From Candidatus Iainarchaeum sp. (lineage in GTDB: Archaea; Iainarchaeota; Iainarchaeia; JAFGOX01), in the NCBI GenBank assembly GCA_016926295.1, contig JAFGOX010000032.1, positions 1 through 49,728 of the forward strand: a DNA stretch of 49,728 bases, written 5' to 3'. Numbering within the stretch: the stretch's first letter is position 1; each line of letters begins with the position of its first letter. This document shows, in pieces, positions 10,041 to 18,652 of the stretch. The position numbers were made by a program, and so were the translations under genes. The notes below the pieces were generated by a model that saw only the letters and a list, made by a program, of their open reading frames with translations, made no database searches and was not told the origin of the DNA.

Positions 10041-10649
10041 ATGGATACAAAACCAATAGTATTTATTATAGTAATAGCAGCATTAGTTAGTGTTTTTGCG
10101 TTCCATTTGATGGGTTCGCAGCCAGAAGATAAGAAAGAAACAAATATAATAATAAATTACGCAGAGGATTCGGAGGTTAAAGATATGGACGGCAATGTAA
10201 AAGTAAGACTAACAACAACTCAGGGAAGTGTAGTAATCGAACTTTATCCTGACATGCCAATTACAGCAGGAAATTTCCAAAGACTTGTCGAAGAAGGATT
10301 TTACGATGGGGTTATATTCCATAGGATTATTGACGGATTTATGATTCAGGGCGGAGACCCGACAGGCACAGGGATGGGTGGCCCGGGATACACAATCCCC
10401 GATGAATTCGGAGACGAAAACAAAAATGACCGTGGGACAATTGCAATGGCGAACGCAGGACCTAATACGGGCGGCAGCCAGTTTTTCATCAATCTTGTGA
10501 ACAATAATTTCCTGGACGAAAAGCACCCTGTTTTTGGAAAGGTAATCGAAGGAATGGATGTCATTGACAAAATAGCCAAATTACCTACGGATGAAAATGA
10601 TAAGCCATTGGAAGACGTGAAAATAATAAAGGCAGAGATAGTCCAGTAG
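10041..10649 (+). CDS. Cyclophilin-type peptidyl-prolyl cis-trans isomerase with an N-terminal membrane anchor
   Basis: The cyclophilin core FHRIIDGFMIQGGDPTGTGMGGPGY...GGSQFFI is present. The N-terminus has a hydrophobic helix (IVFIIVIAALVSVFAF). Confidence 0.88.
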   Translation: MDTKPIVFIIVIAALVSVFAFHLMGSQPEDKKETNIIINYAEDSEVKDMDGNVKVRLTTTQGSVVIELYPDMPITAGNFQRLVEEGFYDGVIFHRIIDGFMIQGGDPTGTGMGGPGYTIPDEFGDENKNDRGTIAMANAGPNTGGSQFFINLVNNNFLDEKHPVFGKVIEGMDVIDKIAKLPTDENDKPLEDVKIIKAEIVQ

Positions 10650-10693
10650 GTGCTATCTCCTTATTTTAATTAGGTTTTGACCTATTTCTTAAT

Positions 10694-12814
10694 ATGGACA
10701 AAGAGAAAATAGCAGACATTGTCTTATCTGCGCATAAATTCGAGGGGTTCAATCCAGTACAGCTGCAGGCAATAAAGAAAGGTTTGTTTGAAGGAAAGAA
10801 TTTGGTAGTGTCTGCTCCAACAGCAAGCGGAAAAACATTATTGTGCGAACTTGCTGCAATAAACACTTTGCTTAACACAGACAAAAAAGTAGTTTACACC
10901 GGCCCATTGAAAGCACTGGCCAGCGAGCATTACGAAACATTCAAAGATTTGTATTCAAGAAAAAACATCAAAGTGAATCTGAGCATTGGAGATAAAGACA
11001 GTGCAGAACCCTGGCTTGAAAGGGCTGACTGGATTGTCTCAACCTATGAGAAGCTTGATTCATTAATCAGGCACCGTGCGACTTGGCTTCACAATGTCGG
11101 ACTGCTGGTTGTTGACGAAATACATACTCTTGACACTGACAGGGGGCCAACAGTAGAGATACTTATTACAAAACTAAGAAAGATGAATCCAAAAATGCAG
11201 ATACTTGCTTTATCTGCAACAATTCCCAACAGCGAGGAGATTGCGAAATGGCTTGAGGCAGAGCATGTGCATTCAACATGGCGGCCGGTAAAATTATCAA
11301 AAGGAATTCTGATGGACGCAGTAATAAAGTTCGACAACAAAGAGGAAGTTTATGTTTCAGGACTAAAACCGGAAGACGAGAGCAGAAGCTTGATTGAAGA
11401 CACGTTAAGAAAAAGCAAGCAGGCGGTAATTTTCAGAAACAGCAGGAGAAACGCGCAGTCGTCTGCAAAGAAAACGGCATTACTGACAGGAAGAAGAATA
11501 ACGCCTGAAGAAAAAGCAAAGCTGGATGAAATGGCAGACAAGGCATTGAATGCACTAGACAACCCTACATCACAGTGCAAGATGCTTGCAGACTGTATCA
11601 GAAATGGAAGCGCATTCCACACTGCCGGGCTTGTTGACAAGCAGAGAAAAATTGTTGAAGAGGGATTCAAGAAAGGACTGATAAAAATTATTTCCGCAAC
11701 ACCGACACTTGCCGCAGGAGTAAATCTTCCAAGTGCAAGAATAATAATTCCTGAATTGAGAAGATATACAAAAGAGGGCATGGTCTGGATTCCTGTCGGA
11801 GAATATCTGCAGATGTGTGGAAGGGCAGGAAGGCCGCAATACGACAAGGACGGCGAGGCAATCTGCATAACATCAAGCACAGAGCAGTTTGACCATATAT
11901 GGAAAGCGTATGTAGAAGGGGAACCAGAAGAAGTATTTTCAAAACTTGGAATGGAACCTGTATTGAGAACACATATACTTGCCGCAATAGCAACCGGCTT
12001 TGCAATGGATATAGATGGATTAAAATCTTTCTTAGGTTCAACATTCTACGCCAAACAGTTCCATTCAATGAATGAAATATATTACATAATGGAAAGGATA
12101 CTAAGGGACTTGGAGTCATGGGGATTTATTGAGCAGAACAAAGAAGCGCTAAAGCCGACAAGACTGGGAATGAGGGTTTCAGAGCTATATCTTGACCCGT
12201 CATCGGCCTATGATTTGATAAATGATTTGAAGAAAACAGAAAAAGAGCCGAGAAAAGAGCTTGGGGATTTATTCATCTACACTTCATTAAATGAAAATGC
12301 GCCATGGTTAAGAGTTTCAAGCAAAGACGAGTCAAGAATCTGGGAGGGCGCATATGAAACAGGAAAAGAGCTTTACATCGATCCGGTAACTGCTGGTTTT
12401 GGTGATTATAAGTTCCTGGACAAGTTCAAACTGTCATTAATGCTAAGAGACTGGATACATGAAAAGAGCGAAGAATACATTCTGGAAAACTATAATGTCG
12501 CTCCGGGAATTCTAAGGGCGCATCTATTGAATATAGACTGGCTTATTTATGCCGGCGAAGAACTTTCTAAACTGATTGAACTGAAAGAATCGGGAACAAG
12601 AGCAAAAGAATTGAGAATAAGAGTCAAATACGGAATTAACAAAGAGCTGATGCCATTAATCATAATCAAAGGAATTGGAAGAGTAAGGGCAAGAAAGCTT
12701 TATGACAATGGAGTCAGAACGCCGGTAGGAATCAGAAATATGGCAACAGAAGACCTGGCAAAATTACTTGGAAAGAAAACAGCTGAAAAAATAAAACAGG
12801 AAGTAGATGTCTAG
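10694..12814 (+). CDS. hel308: Hel308/Ski2-like DNA helicase
   Basis: Walker A is APTASGKT and the DEIH box is VVDEIHTL. The SAT-like motif is LSATIPN. Length is 706 aa, with a C-terminal HhH-like GIGRVRARKL. Confidence 0.88.
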   Translation: MDKEKIADIVLSAHKFEGFNPVQLQAIKKGLFEGKNLVVSAPTASGKTLLCELAAINTLLNTDKKVVYTGPLKALASEHYETFKDLYSRKNIKVNLSIGDKDSAEPWLERADWIVSTYEKLDSLIRHRATWLHNVGLLVVDEIHTLDTDRGPTVEILITKLRKMNPKMQILALSATIPNSEEIAKWLEAEHVHSTWRPVKLSKGILMDAVIKFDNKEEVYVSGLKPEDESRSLIEDTLRKSKQAVIFRNSRRNAQSSAKKTALLTGRRITPEEKAKLDEMADKALNALDNPTSQCKMLADCIRNGSAFHTAGLVDKQRKIVEEGFKKGLIKIISATPTLAAGVNLPSARIIIPELRRYTKEGMVWIPVGEYLQMCGRAGRPQYDKDGEAICITSSTEQFDHIWKAYVEGEPEEVFSKLGMEPVLRTHILAAIATGFAMDIDGLKSFLGSTFYAKQFHSMNEIYYIMERILRDLESWGFIEQNKEALKPTRLGMRVSELYLDPSSAYDLINDLKKTEKEPRKELGDLFIYTSLNENAPWLRVSSKDESRIWEGAYETGKELYIDPVTAGFGDYKFLDKFKLSLMLRDWIHEKSEEYILENYNVAPGILRAHLLNIDWLIYAGEELSKLIELKESGTRAKELRIRVKYGINKELMPLIIIKGIGRVRARKLYDNGVRTPVGIRNMATEDLAKLLGKKTAEKIKQEVDV

Positions 12815-13200
12815 TCGCCAAATAAAATATCATGAGAAATTGCTTTTTCAAAAGCATTCTTCTGATTTATTGTGTAGAATTTTTCTGTCTTGTTGAAATC
12901 TCTGATATTCAAAAATTGCCAGCCCTTGCCGGTTATCTTCCATGCAATTATCAATGGCGACTGTGCCCTTGAAGCAAATTCAACCAAATCATCAATTTGT
13001 GATTTTTTTATTGAAAGATTCTGGGCGCCCCATGCTTTGCACTCAATAACTATTTTCTTGTCACCTTTGATTGCCATAACATCAGGGCAAGGGACAGTAA
13101 TTCCTCCGGAACCTGCGGCCCGCACTACTGCAAATCCGTTTTTCCAAAGTAAATGCAACAACTCCCGCTCTGCATTGGCCCCTTTATTATATCTTGCCAT
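12811..13200 (-). CDS. hjc: Holliday junction resolvase Hjc
   Basis: The 129-aa product has GANAERELLHLLWKNGFAVVRAAGSG and PDVMAIKG...VIECKA, a PD-(D/E)xK-type core. Its stop overlaps the hel308 stop (CTAG). Confidence 0.85.
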   Translation of the reverse strand: MARYNKGANAERELLHLLWKNGFAVVRAAGSGGITVPCPDVMAIKGDKKIVIECKAWGAQNLSIKKSQIDDLVEFASRAQSPLIIAWKITGKGWQFLNIRDFNKTEKFYTINQKNAFEKAISHDILFGD

Positions 13201-13208
13201 AAGTTAAG

Positions 13209-13634
13209 TCACAAGGGGACACTGCAATCTTGTTGCAGTGAGGAATTGCGACAGCACCTCCGTTCTTGTTTTTGGATATACTTCTGAATCGTCAGTTCTG
13301 TGACCGTTCCCGCCGTTCCGACATAATAACTCGGAGACCAGAACCTCTTCGCAAAACGATATTCCTTGACTGCTCTGACGGCAGTTGTTCCTTTCAGAAT
13401 CTTTACAATGAACATCGGAGAAAATATCGGAGGGATAGATACGAAAACGTGTATGTGGTCTGGTTGAACGGATAGATTTATCAGTTCCCAACCCCTCTCC
13501 AAGCAAACCTCTTTTATAGTTCGTTCCACCAACTCCTTTAATTCTCCAGTCAATATTGATTTCCGATACTTCGGGCACCAAACAATATGATAGTTTATAT
13601 TGTAAACAGCATGTCTTGTTTTCTTGTCTTTCAT
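13209..13634 (-). CDS. tnpA: IS200/IS605 Y1 (HUH) transposase TnpA
   Basis: The product begins MKDKKTRHAVYNINYHIVWCPKYR. The HUH motif is DHIHVFVSIP and the catalytic Tyr region is SPSYYVGTAG. ATG 13634 is preferred over the longer track ORF. Confidence 0.9.
   Translation of the reverse strand: MKDKKTRHAVYNINYHIVWCPKYRKSILTGELKELVERTIKEVCLERGWELINLSVQPDHIHVFVSIPPIFSPMFIVKILKGTTAVRAVKEYRFAKRFWSPSYYVGTAGTVTELTIQKYIQKQERRCCRNSSLQQDCSVPL
13220..13240 (+). repeat. Left-end subterminal hairpin of the IS
   Basis: CACTGCAA-tcttg-TTGCAGTG forms a perfect 8-bp stem with a 5-nt loop. It lies 20 nt from the hjc start codon. Confidence 0.7.
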
Positions 13635-13686
13635 AAGAATACAAAACAACAACATATTTAACTAAGTTACGATATAATGGATTAGT

Positions 13687-14832
13687 ATGCAGATTGCAAT
13701 ACGGGCTGAAGTCATTGGAGACGATGACCTGAAAAGAACAATCATGTTGAGCAACCTGGCGTGCCAAGAGTGTATCGACATCGGAATGAAAAATAAGACT
13801 TACAACAAGACAAGACTGCATCACTTGACCTATCATGTTGTCAGGGCATCTCATCCTGAACTTAACAGTAGCCTCGTCACCGCTATGCGAGACCAAGCAA
13901 GCGATATGCTTAAGCAACTCAAACTCAAAAAAAAACCAACCAAAAAACAATATTCTTCGATTAGGCTCAACCACAACACATTCAGATTTCTCCCTGCTTC
14001 CAATATGGTCAGTATAAGCACAATAACTGGGAGAAAGAAGTATGTTCTGAACATCCCCCCTTATTTCAATAAATACTTTTTCCACGAATCCAATTCGGCA
14101 AGAATTAGATTGGTCGATGGAAGAATATTCATCGACATCATTGTAGATGTTGATGCTTCCAAAAAAATCAAGGTTAAAAAAATCATTGGTGTGGACAGGG
14201 GCGTTTATCATCCTGCCGTCACATCCGATAACACATTTTTTAACAGTAAACATCTTCGTGAAGTAAAAGGGCGATATAGATATTTGAAGAGATGCCTTCA
14301 GCGAGCAGGCACTCGCTCCGCTAAAAGACATTTGCAGAAAATTAGCGGGCGAGAGAGACGGTTCGTCACTGATGTAAACCACTGCATCTCGAAAACAATC
14401 GTCAACAAAGATTGCGATGCTATCGCTCTGGAGAAATTAAGAACAGGGCGTATGAAAAGAAAAGGTAAAACTGGAAAGAAGACCAGGCGGCTCATTGGGA
14501 GCTGGAGTGCAAAGCAACTTCTCAGCTTCATCGAATACAAGGCTGAGATGCTTGGCAAACCCGTAATCCTCGTGAACAGCCACTACACAAGCCAAGCCTG
14601 TAACAGATGCGGTGATATACGTCGAATCAACCGAAAAGGAAGTCACTTCAACTGCTGTGTCTGCGGGTATTCTCTTCATGCTGACCTCAATGCTTCACGC
14701 AACATCGCTTGTCTCGCCAAAGGCAAGACGAGCAGGCTGTCTGTCAACCAGCCAATCGTAGCATGTGATGATATCAAAGCCTCACTACGTGAGGAACTGC
14801 GAGCGAGCATAGTTACAAGCTCCGCATTTTAA
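13687..14832 (+). CDS. tnpB: TnpB (OrfB_IS605) RuvC-like RNA-guided endonuclease candidate
   Basis: The product is 381 aa. RuvC I is GVDRG, RuvC II is IALEKL and RuvC III is HADLNASRNI. The zinc ribbon is CNRCG...CCVCG. Confidence 0.9.
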   Translation: MQIAIRAEVIGDDDLKRTIMLSNLACQECIDIGMKNKTYNKTRLHHLTYHVVRASHPELNSSLVTAMRDQASDMLKQLKLKKKPTKKQYSSIRLNHNTFRFLPASNMVSISTITGRKKYVLNIPPYFNKYFFHESNSARIRLVDGRIFIDIIVDVDASKKIKVKKIIGVDRGVYHPAVTSDNTFFNSKHLREVKGRYRYLKRCLQRAGTRSAKRHLQKISGRERRFVTDVNHCISKTIVNKDCDAIALEKLRTGRMKRKGKTGKKTRRLIGSWSAKQLLSFIEYKAEMLGKPVILVNSHYTSQACNRCGDIRRINRKGSHFNCCVCGYSLHADLNASRNIACLAKGKTSRLSVNQPIVACDDIKASLREELRASIVTSSAF

Positions 14833-14837
14833 TGCGG
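14822..14837 (+). repeat. Right-end subterminal hairpin of the IS, overlapping the tnpB stop codon
   Basis: CCGCAT-ttta-ATGCGG forms a perfect 6-bp stem. The flanking CT/GG extends it with a G-U pair and a G-C pair. Confidence 0.65.
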
Positions 14838-14907
14838 GGTAGTTGACATCCTCATAGTTTAAAAGAAGAAAGGCATTAAAAAGGAAAAACAGGAAAAAGG
14901 TGATAAA

Positions 14908-15474
14908 ATGCCAGAGATTGATTTGGGAGTAAAAGTTGGAGATATAATGCATGCGGGTGTAATTACCGTTGAAAAAGATGACAATATAGCAGAGGCAGCA
15001 AGAAAAATGCTGAAATATGATATAGATAGCTTGCTAATAATTGAGGACGGTGTGCCGGCCGGAATAATAACAAAAAGTGACATTTTGGCAAACATTGTGG
15101 AAAATGGGAACATGAACGCAAAAGTAGAAACTGTCATGAATAGCCCGGTAAACACGATTTCTGCTGATGATAATGTCATAGAAGCCCTTAAAATGATGGG
15201 TAAAAGAGGAATCACAAAGATTCCTGTGATGTATAAAGGAAAGATAAGAGGTATTATCACTCAAGAAGACCTATTAAGGTCTATTCCTGGGCTTTTCGAC
15301 CTTATGTACGCTGCAGGAGAACAAGGAAGACAAATAAGCACTGCTGAGCAGTATGAAATCGAAAAAGAGGCACATGTTGGCTACTGTGACCAATGCAAAG
15401 CCTACTCTGAAGACCTAACTGAATACGAAAATGAATTGCTTTGCGGGAAGTGCAGGGCAGACAAGTCAGAGTAA
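14908..15474 (+). CDS. Tandem CBS-domain protein with a C-terminal zinc ribbon
   Basis: Two CBS-like repeats are present (VGDIMHAGVITVEKDD... and VETVMNSPVNTISADD...). The C-terminus reads CDQCKAYSE...CGKC. Confidence 0.8.
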   Translation: MPEIDLGVKVGDIMHAGVITVEKDDNIAEAARKMLKYDIDSLLIIEDGVPAGIITKSDILANIVENGNMNAKVETVMNSPVNTISADDNVIEALKMMGKRGITKIPVMYKGKIRGIITQEDLLRSIPGLFDLMYAAGEQGRQISTAEQYEIEKEAHVGYCDQCKAYSEDLTEYENELLCGKCRADKSE

Positions 15475-15498
15475 AAGCCTTCATTTAAGCAGGATTCA

Positions 15499-15519
15499 GG
15501 GTTTCCGGCAAACCTTTTT
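15499..15519 (+). terminator. Possible terminator hairpin plus T-run after the CBS gene
   Basis: GGTTT-ccggc-AAACC is followed directly by TTTTT, 25 nt after the stop codon. Confidence 0.35.
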
Positions 15520-15595
15520 AAACAGGAAAACCCCTTATTATGTATAAGTTAATAGCCGCAAATGCGGTCGTTAGCGATCATAAATTAATAAAATC

Positions 15596-15892
15596 TTGCA
15601 AAAGAATTGTGAGGTTATTTGGATAAATCAATCGTTTAAGCTTACGTTGGAAGTAATTCCGGGTTCAAAGAAATTCTCCGTTGTGGGAGTTAATGAATGG
15701 ACCGGTAATCTTAAGATAAGAGTTGAGAATTTGCCTGTGAAAGGCAAAGCAAATAATGAAATTGAAAAAAAGCTCACTGAGTTTTTTGAAGCAAAAGTAA
15801 AAATTTTGAAAGGCGAAAAAACTGGTAAAAAATTAATTGAAATTGATTTACCGGAAGAAAAAGTCTTTGAAAAAATATCCAAGTCTCACTAA
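15596..15892 (+). CDS. DUF167 (YggU-like) protein
   Basis: The segment LTLEVIPGSKKFSVVG...IRVENLPVKGKANNEIEKKLTEFF...KILKGEKTGKK fits the DUF167 pattern. The start codon is uncertain because the track ORF begins at TTG. Confidence 0.65.
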   Translation: MQKNCEVIWINQSFKLTLEVIPGSKKFSVVGVNEWTGNLKIRVENLPVKGKANNEIEKKLTEFFEAKVKILKGEKTGKKLIEIDLPEEKVFEKISKSH

Positions 15893-15927
15893 TTCTTTGC
15901 AACAAATAACAAAAAAGGAGGGGTCTT

Positions 15928-17193
15928 ATGGGAAAGACCTACATTGACGCAGTAAAATATGTAATTACTGCAAGCTTCACAATTGACGGCATTGTTGAAA
16001 AGCCAGACATTATTGGAGCAATATTCGGACAGACAGAAGGTTTAGTCGGTGAAGACTTAGAACTTCGTGAATTGCAAAAAAACGGAAAAATAGGAAGAAT
16101 CGAAGTTATATCAAAAACACAGGATGGGAAAACAACAGGAGACATAATAATTCCATCAAGCCTTGATAAAGTTGAAACTGTGATTTTAGCAGCTGCTGTA
16201 GAGGCAGTTGACAAAGTCGGGCCTTGCAAAGCAGAAATACACTGCAAAAAAATAGAAGACATAAGAACACAGAAAAGACAACAGATTGTCGACAGAGCAA
16301 AAGATATTCTTAAGAAATTCGTTGAAGAGGAAATGCCTGAAAGCAATGAATTAAGTGACGCAGTTAGCGCAAATGCTAAAAAGGCAGATATCATAGCATA
16401 CGGCAAGGATAGCTTGCCAGCCGGACCCGACATTGAAAAAAGCCAGGAAGTAATTCTTGTAGAGGGACGTGCAGATGTTTTGACTCTTCTGAAGAATGAT
16501 ATAAAGAATGCAATTGCAATCGGCGGAGCAAATGTTCCAGAAACAGTCAAGCAGCTTTGCAAAATAAAGGAAATAACTGCTTTTGTTGACGGAGACCGCG
16601 GGGGGGACTTGATTATCAAGAGTCTAAAGGATCTTGCAAGACTAGATTATGTTGCAAAGGCTCCGGACGGAAAAGAAGTCGAAGAGCTTACACGCAAAGA
16701 AATAATCCAGGCCTTGAGAAGAAAAATGCCTGCAGACCAGTTCAAGATAACAAGAACCGAAAGAAGTCTTGAAAGGGAACGAAGACAGGAAAGACCTTTT
16801 GACCGCAGACCGCAAAGACAGGAAAGGCCATACGAAAGAAGGCCACCGCGAGAGCAGGAAAGGCCACCTTTGCCACCAAAGCCTGAGAAAAAGACTTTGG
16901 AGCCGAAAAACGACGAAGAAAAAAAGCTTATTGAAATGCTGGAAAAAGTAAATGGCAGTCTGAAAGGACAAATAGTGGACGAAAAACTGAAAGTCATTGA
17001 AGACGTTCCAGTAAGAAAGCTTTTGACAAGTCTTGAAAGCACAAAAAAAGTGTATGCAATTGTCTTTGACGGAATCATAACAAACAGGCTTGTAGAACTT
17101 GCAAGTAAAAAAGGCGCAAAATATGTTCTTGGAATCAAAGAAGGTATGCTGAAAGAAAAACCGAAAGACCTGACAATAATGAGCCAAAATTAG
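15928..17193 (+). CDS. dnaG: Archaeal DnaG-type primase (TOPRIM)
   Basis: The TOPRIM glutamate is in ILVEGRADV and the DxD is in FVDGDRGGDL. GGAGGGG lies upstream of the ATG. An R/E/P-rich repeat linker is present. Confidence 0.85.
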   Translation: MGKTYIDAVKYVITASFTIDGIVEKPDIIGAIFGQTEGLVGEDLELRELQKNGKIGRIEVISKTQDGKTTGDIIIPSSLDKVETVILAAAVEAVDKVGPCKAEIHCKKIEDIRTQKRQQIVDRAKDILKKFVEEEMPESNELSDAVSANAKKADIIAYGKDSLPAGPDIEKSQEVILVEGRADVLTLLKNDIKNAIAIGGANVPETVKQLCKIKEITAFVDGDRGGDLIIKSLKDLARLDYVAKAPDGKEVEELTRKEIIQALRRKMPADQFKITRTERSLERERRQERPFDRRPQRQERPYERRPPREQERPPLPPKPEKKTLEPKNDEEKKLIEMLEKVNGSLKGQIVDEKLKVIEDVPVRKLLTSLESTKKVYAIVFDGIITNRLVELASKKGAKYVLGIKEGMLKEKPKDLTIMSQN

Positions 17194-17211
17194 GCTCATT
17201 CTCTCTATTTA

Positions 17212-18603
17212 TTATTCAACGCGATATGTTTCATTCAAGTTACTTGTCTGTATTTTTGAAAAATATCTTGAACTCATTTTTTCCTCTTTAAATAGTTGGG
17301 AATACAAACCATATAGCTCGAATTGCGAAAGGTAAACATAGTCAACATTGTTTCTTGACAAAATATATGCCGCTTCCTCTGGATTCTCTGATTCAAAGAA
17401 ATCCCTTGTATCGGAAATTCTCTGGTTTGCATTTGGCAGCCCTTCCATATAAGCTCCAACAACTACTGAATTCAGTGAATACCATGGAATGTAATATCCT
17501 GAAACAAAACCTGACATTATTCTTGCAGGTTCAATTGAACGATGATAAACTGCGGCAGCAATATCCGCATCACTTGCCGGCGGGGCGTAATTTACACCAA
17601 GAGAAACTGCATTGAAAATAACAATTAACAGGAAAACAATAATAAGCGGCCTGAAGAAATAACTCTTTGAAATTTTCTTGAGTACTATGGCAGCCAAAAC
17701 TGCGGCAGGGAAAATTGCAAATGTAAATTCCCTATAAGCAAACATTGTGTTTCCGAAAACCAATGACATGAATAATATTGCAAAATAAAAAACAAACCAG
17801 ATTGTTATTGGTCTAATTTTTTTGTCTTTGTAAACAAACGGCACTGCAACGAGCGATAAAAGCAATGAATACCCTACAACATTGAATGGCTGGAATCCCA
17901 GAACAAAAGGATTTTCAACAAAAGATAATCTCTGCAAGAATAATAATTTCGGCAGCCAGAAAACAACTGCGGCAAAAACAGGGAAGGAAAGGAATTTCAA
18001 AACTTTCTTGTAGTCAAAACTATTCTTGTACGAATATGCAAAGACAATGAAAATTAGCAAGATAGGAATAAAATTAATTGATGAGCGCGTATGCATCAAA
18101 ACAAGAGCGGCAGCAGAAACACTTGCCAGTTTGTATCTGTCCTCTAAAAGCAAAAGTAAGGTTAATAAAATCAAAAATAACCCAAAGGTTTCAGGAATCG
18201 GGATTGCAATTAGCCTAAAAAGGCGCGGGGCAAAAACAGTAAACATGCCGGCAAGAGCGGCATACTTCCAGTCAGGGACAAACTTCTTCGCAAGAGAGTA
18301 AGCGACCATGAAAAAGCCAACTGAAAGGAACATTGAAAATCCCTGCCAGATAGTCAAGGCTTCAAGTCCGGTTACCTGCATCAGGCTTGCGGAGAAAACA
18401 TCAAAAAGCAAAGGATATGTGTATGGAACGGTGCCACCTAAAGCCTGGTTATGCGTAGGCAAACGAGACATTTCACTAATATAATAAGATACTCGCGCAC
18501 GCTCAAACAAATCAGAACTCATAAACGTATTAAATTGCAGAACAACAACAGAAATTGCAGCAAGCACCACCATTAAAAAAAATAATAAGTTTATTTTGGG
18601 CAT
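17212..18603 (-). CDS. Large polytopic membrane protein, possibly a GT-C-fold glycosyltransferase
   Basis: More than 10 predicted TM helices precede a C-terminal soluble tail (..NNVDYVYLSQFE..). ATG 18603 (MPKINLLFF) is preferred over the longer track ORF. I recognised no diagnostic catalytic motif. Confidence 0.5.
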   Translation of the reverse strand: MPKINLLFFLMVVLAAISVVVLQFNTFMSSDLFERARVSYYISEMSRLPTHNQALGGTVPYTYPLLFDVFSASLMQVTGLEALTIWQGFSMFLSVGFFMVAYSLAKKFVPDWKYAALAGMFTVFAPRLFRLIAIPIPETFGLFLILLTLLLLLEDRYKLASVSAAALVLMHTRSSINFIPILLIFIVFAYSYKNSFDYKKVLKFLSFPVFAAVVFWLPKLLFLQRLSFVENPFVLGFQPFNVVGYSLLLSLVAVPFVYKDKKIRPITIWFVFYFAILFMSLVFGNTMFAYREFTFAIFPAAVLAAIVLKKISKSYFFRPLIIVFLLIVIFNAVSLGVNYAPPASDADIAAAVYHRSIEPARIMSGFVSGYYIPWYSLNSVVVGAYMEGLPNANQRISDTRDFFESENPEEAAYILSRNNVDYVYLSQFELYGLYSQLFKEEKMSSRYFSKIQTSNLNETYRVE

Positions 18604-18652
18604 AAGGCAAATACTTCTAAAGGTATAAAAAGGGTTTTCCAGAGTCTTAAGT

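Larger units (their letters stand above)
13201..14850 (+). mobile_element. IS200/IS605-family insertion sequence with IS605-like divergent tnpA and tnpB; boundaries approximate
   Basis: It carries a Y1 transposase gene and a tnpB gene back to back. Perfect subterminal hairpins lie at both ends (13220..13240 and 14822..14837). Host genes resume immediately outside the element. Confidence 0.8.

Noticed and set aside
13204-14382. A 392-aa minus-strand ORF spanning the IS.
   Set aside because: It runs antisense to tnpB and out of frame through tnpA. Its composition is low-complexity and unlike real proteins. Both overlapping genes have strong motif support, so I treat it as a shadow ORF.
15555-15580. 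The hairpin CCGCA-aa-TGCGG resembles the IS right-end hairpin CCGCAT-ttta-ATGCGG, so it could be a solo IS end or a MITE.
   Set aside because: Only the 5-nt stem arms match and the flanks do not align convincingly. The loop would be too small, and a 5-mer palindrome is expected by chance.
15939-17199. Long minus-strand ORFs (226, 185 and 163 aa) antisense to dnaG.
   Set aside because: Their composition is S/F/L-rich and they mirror a well-supported gene and its K/E/R-rich repeat. These are typical antisense shadow ORFs.
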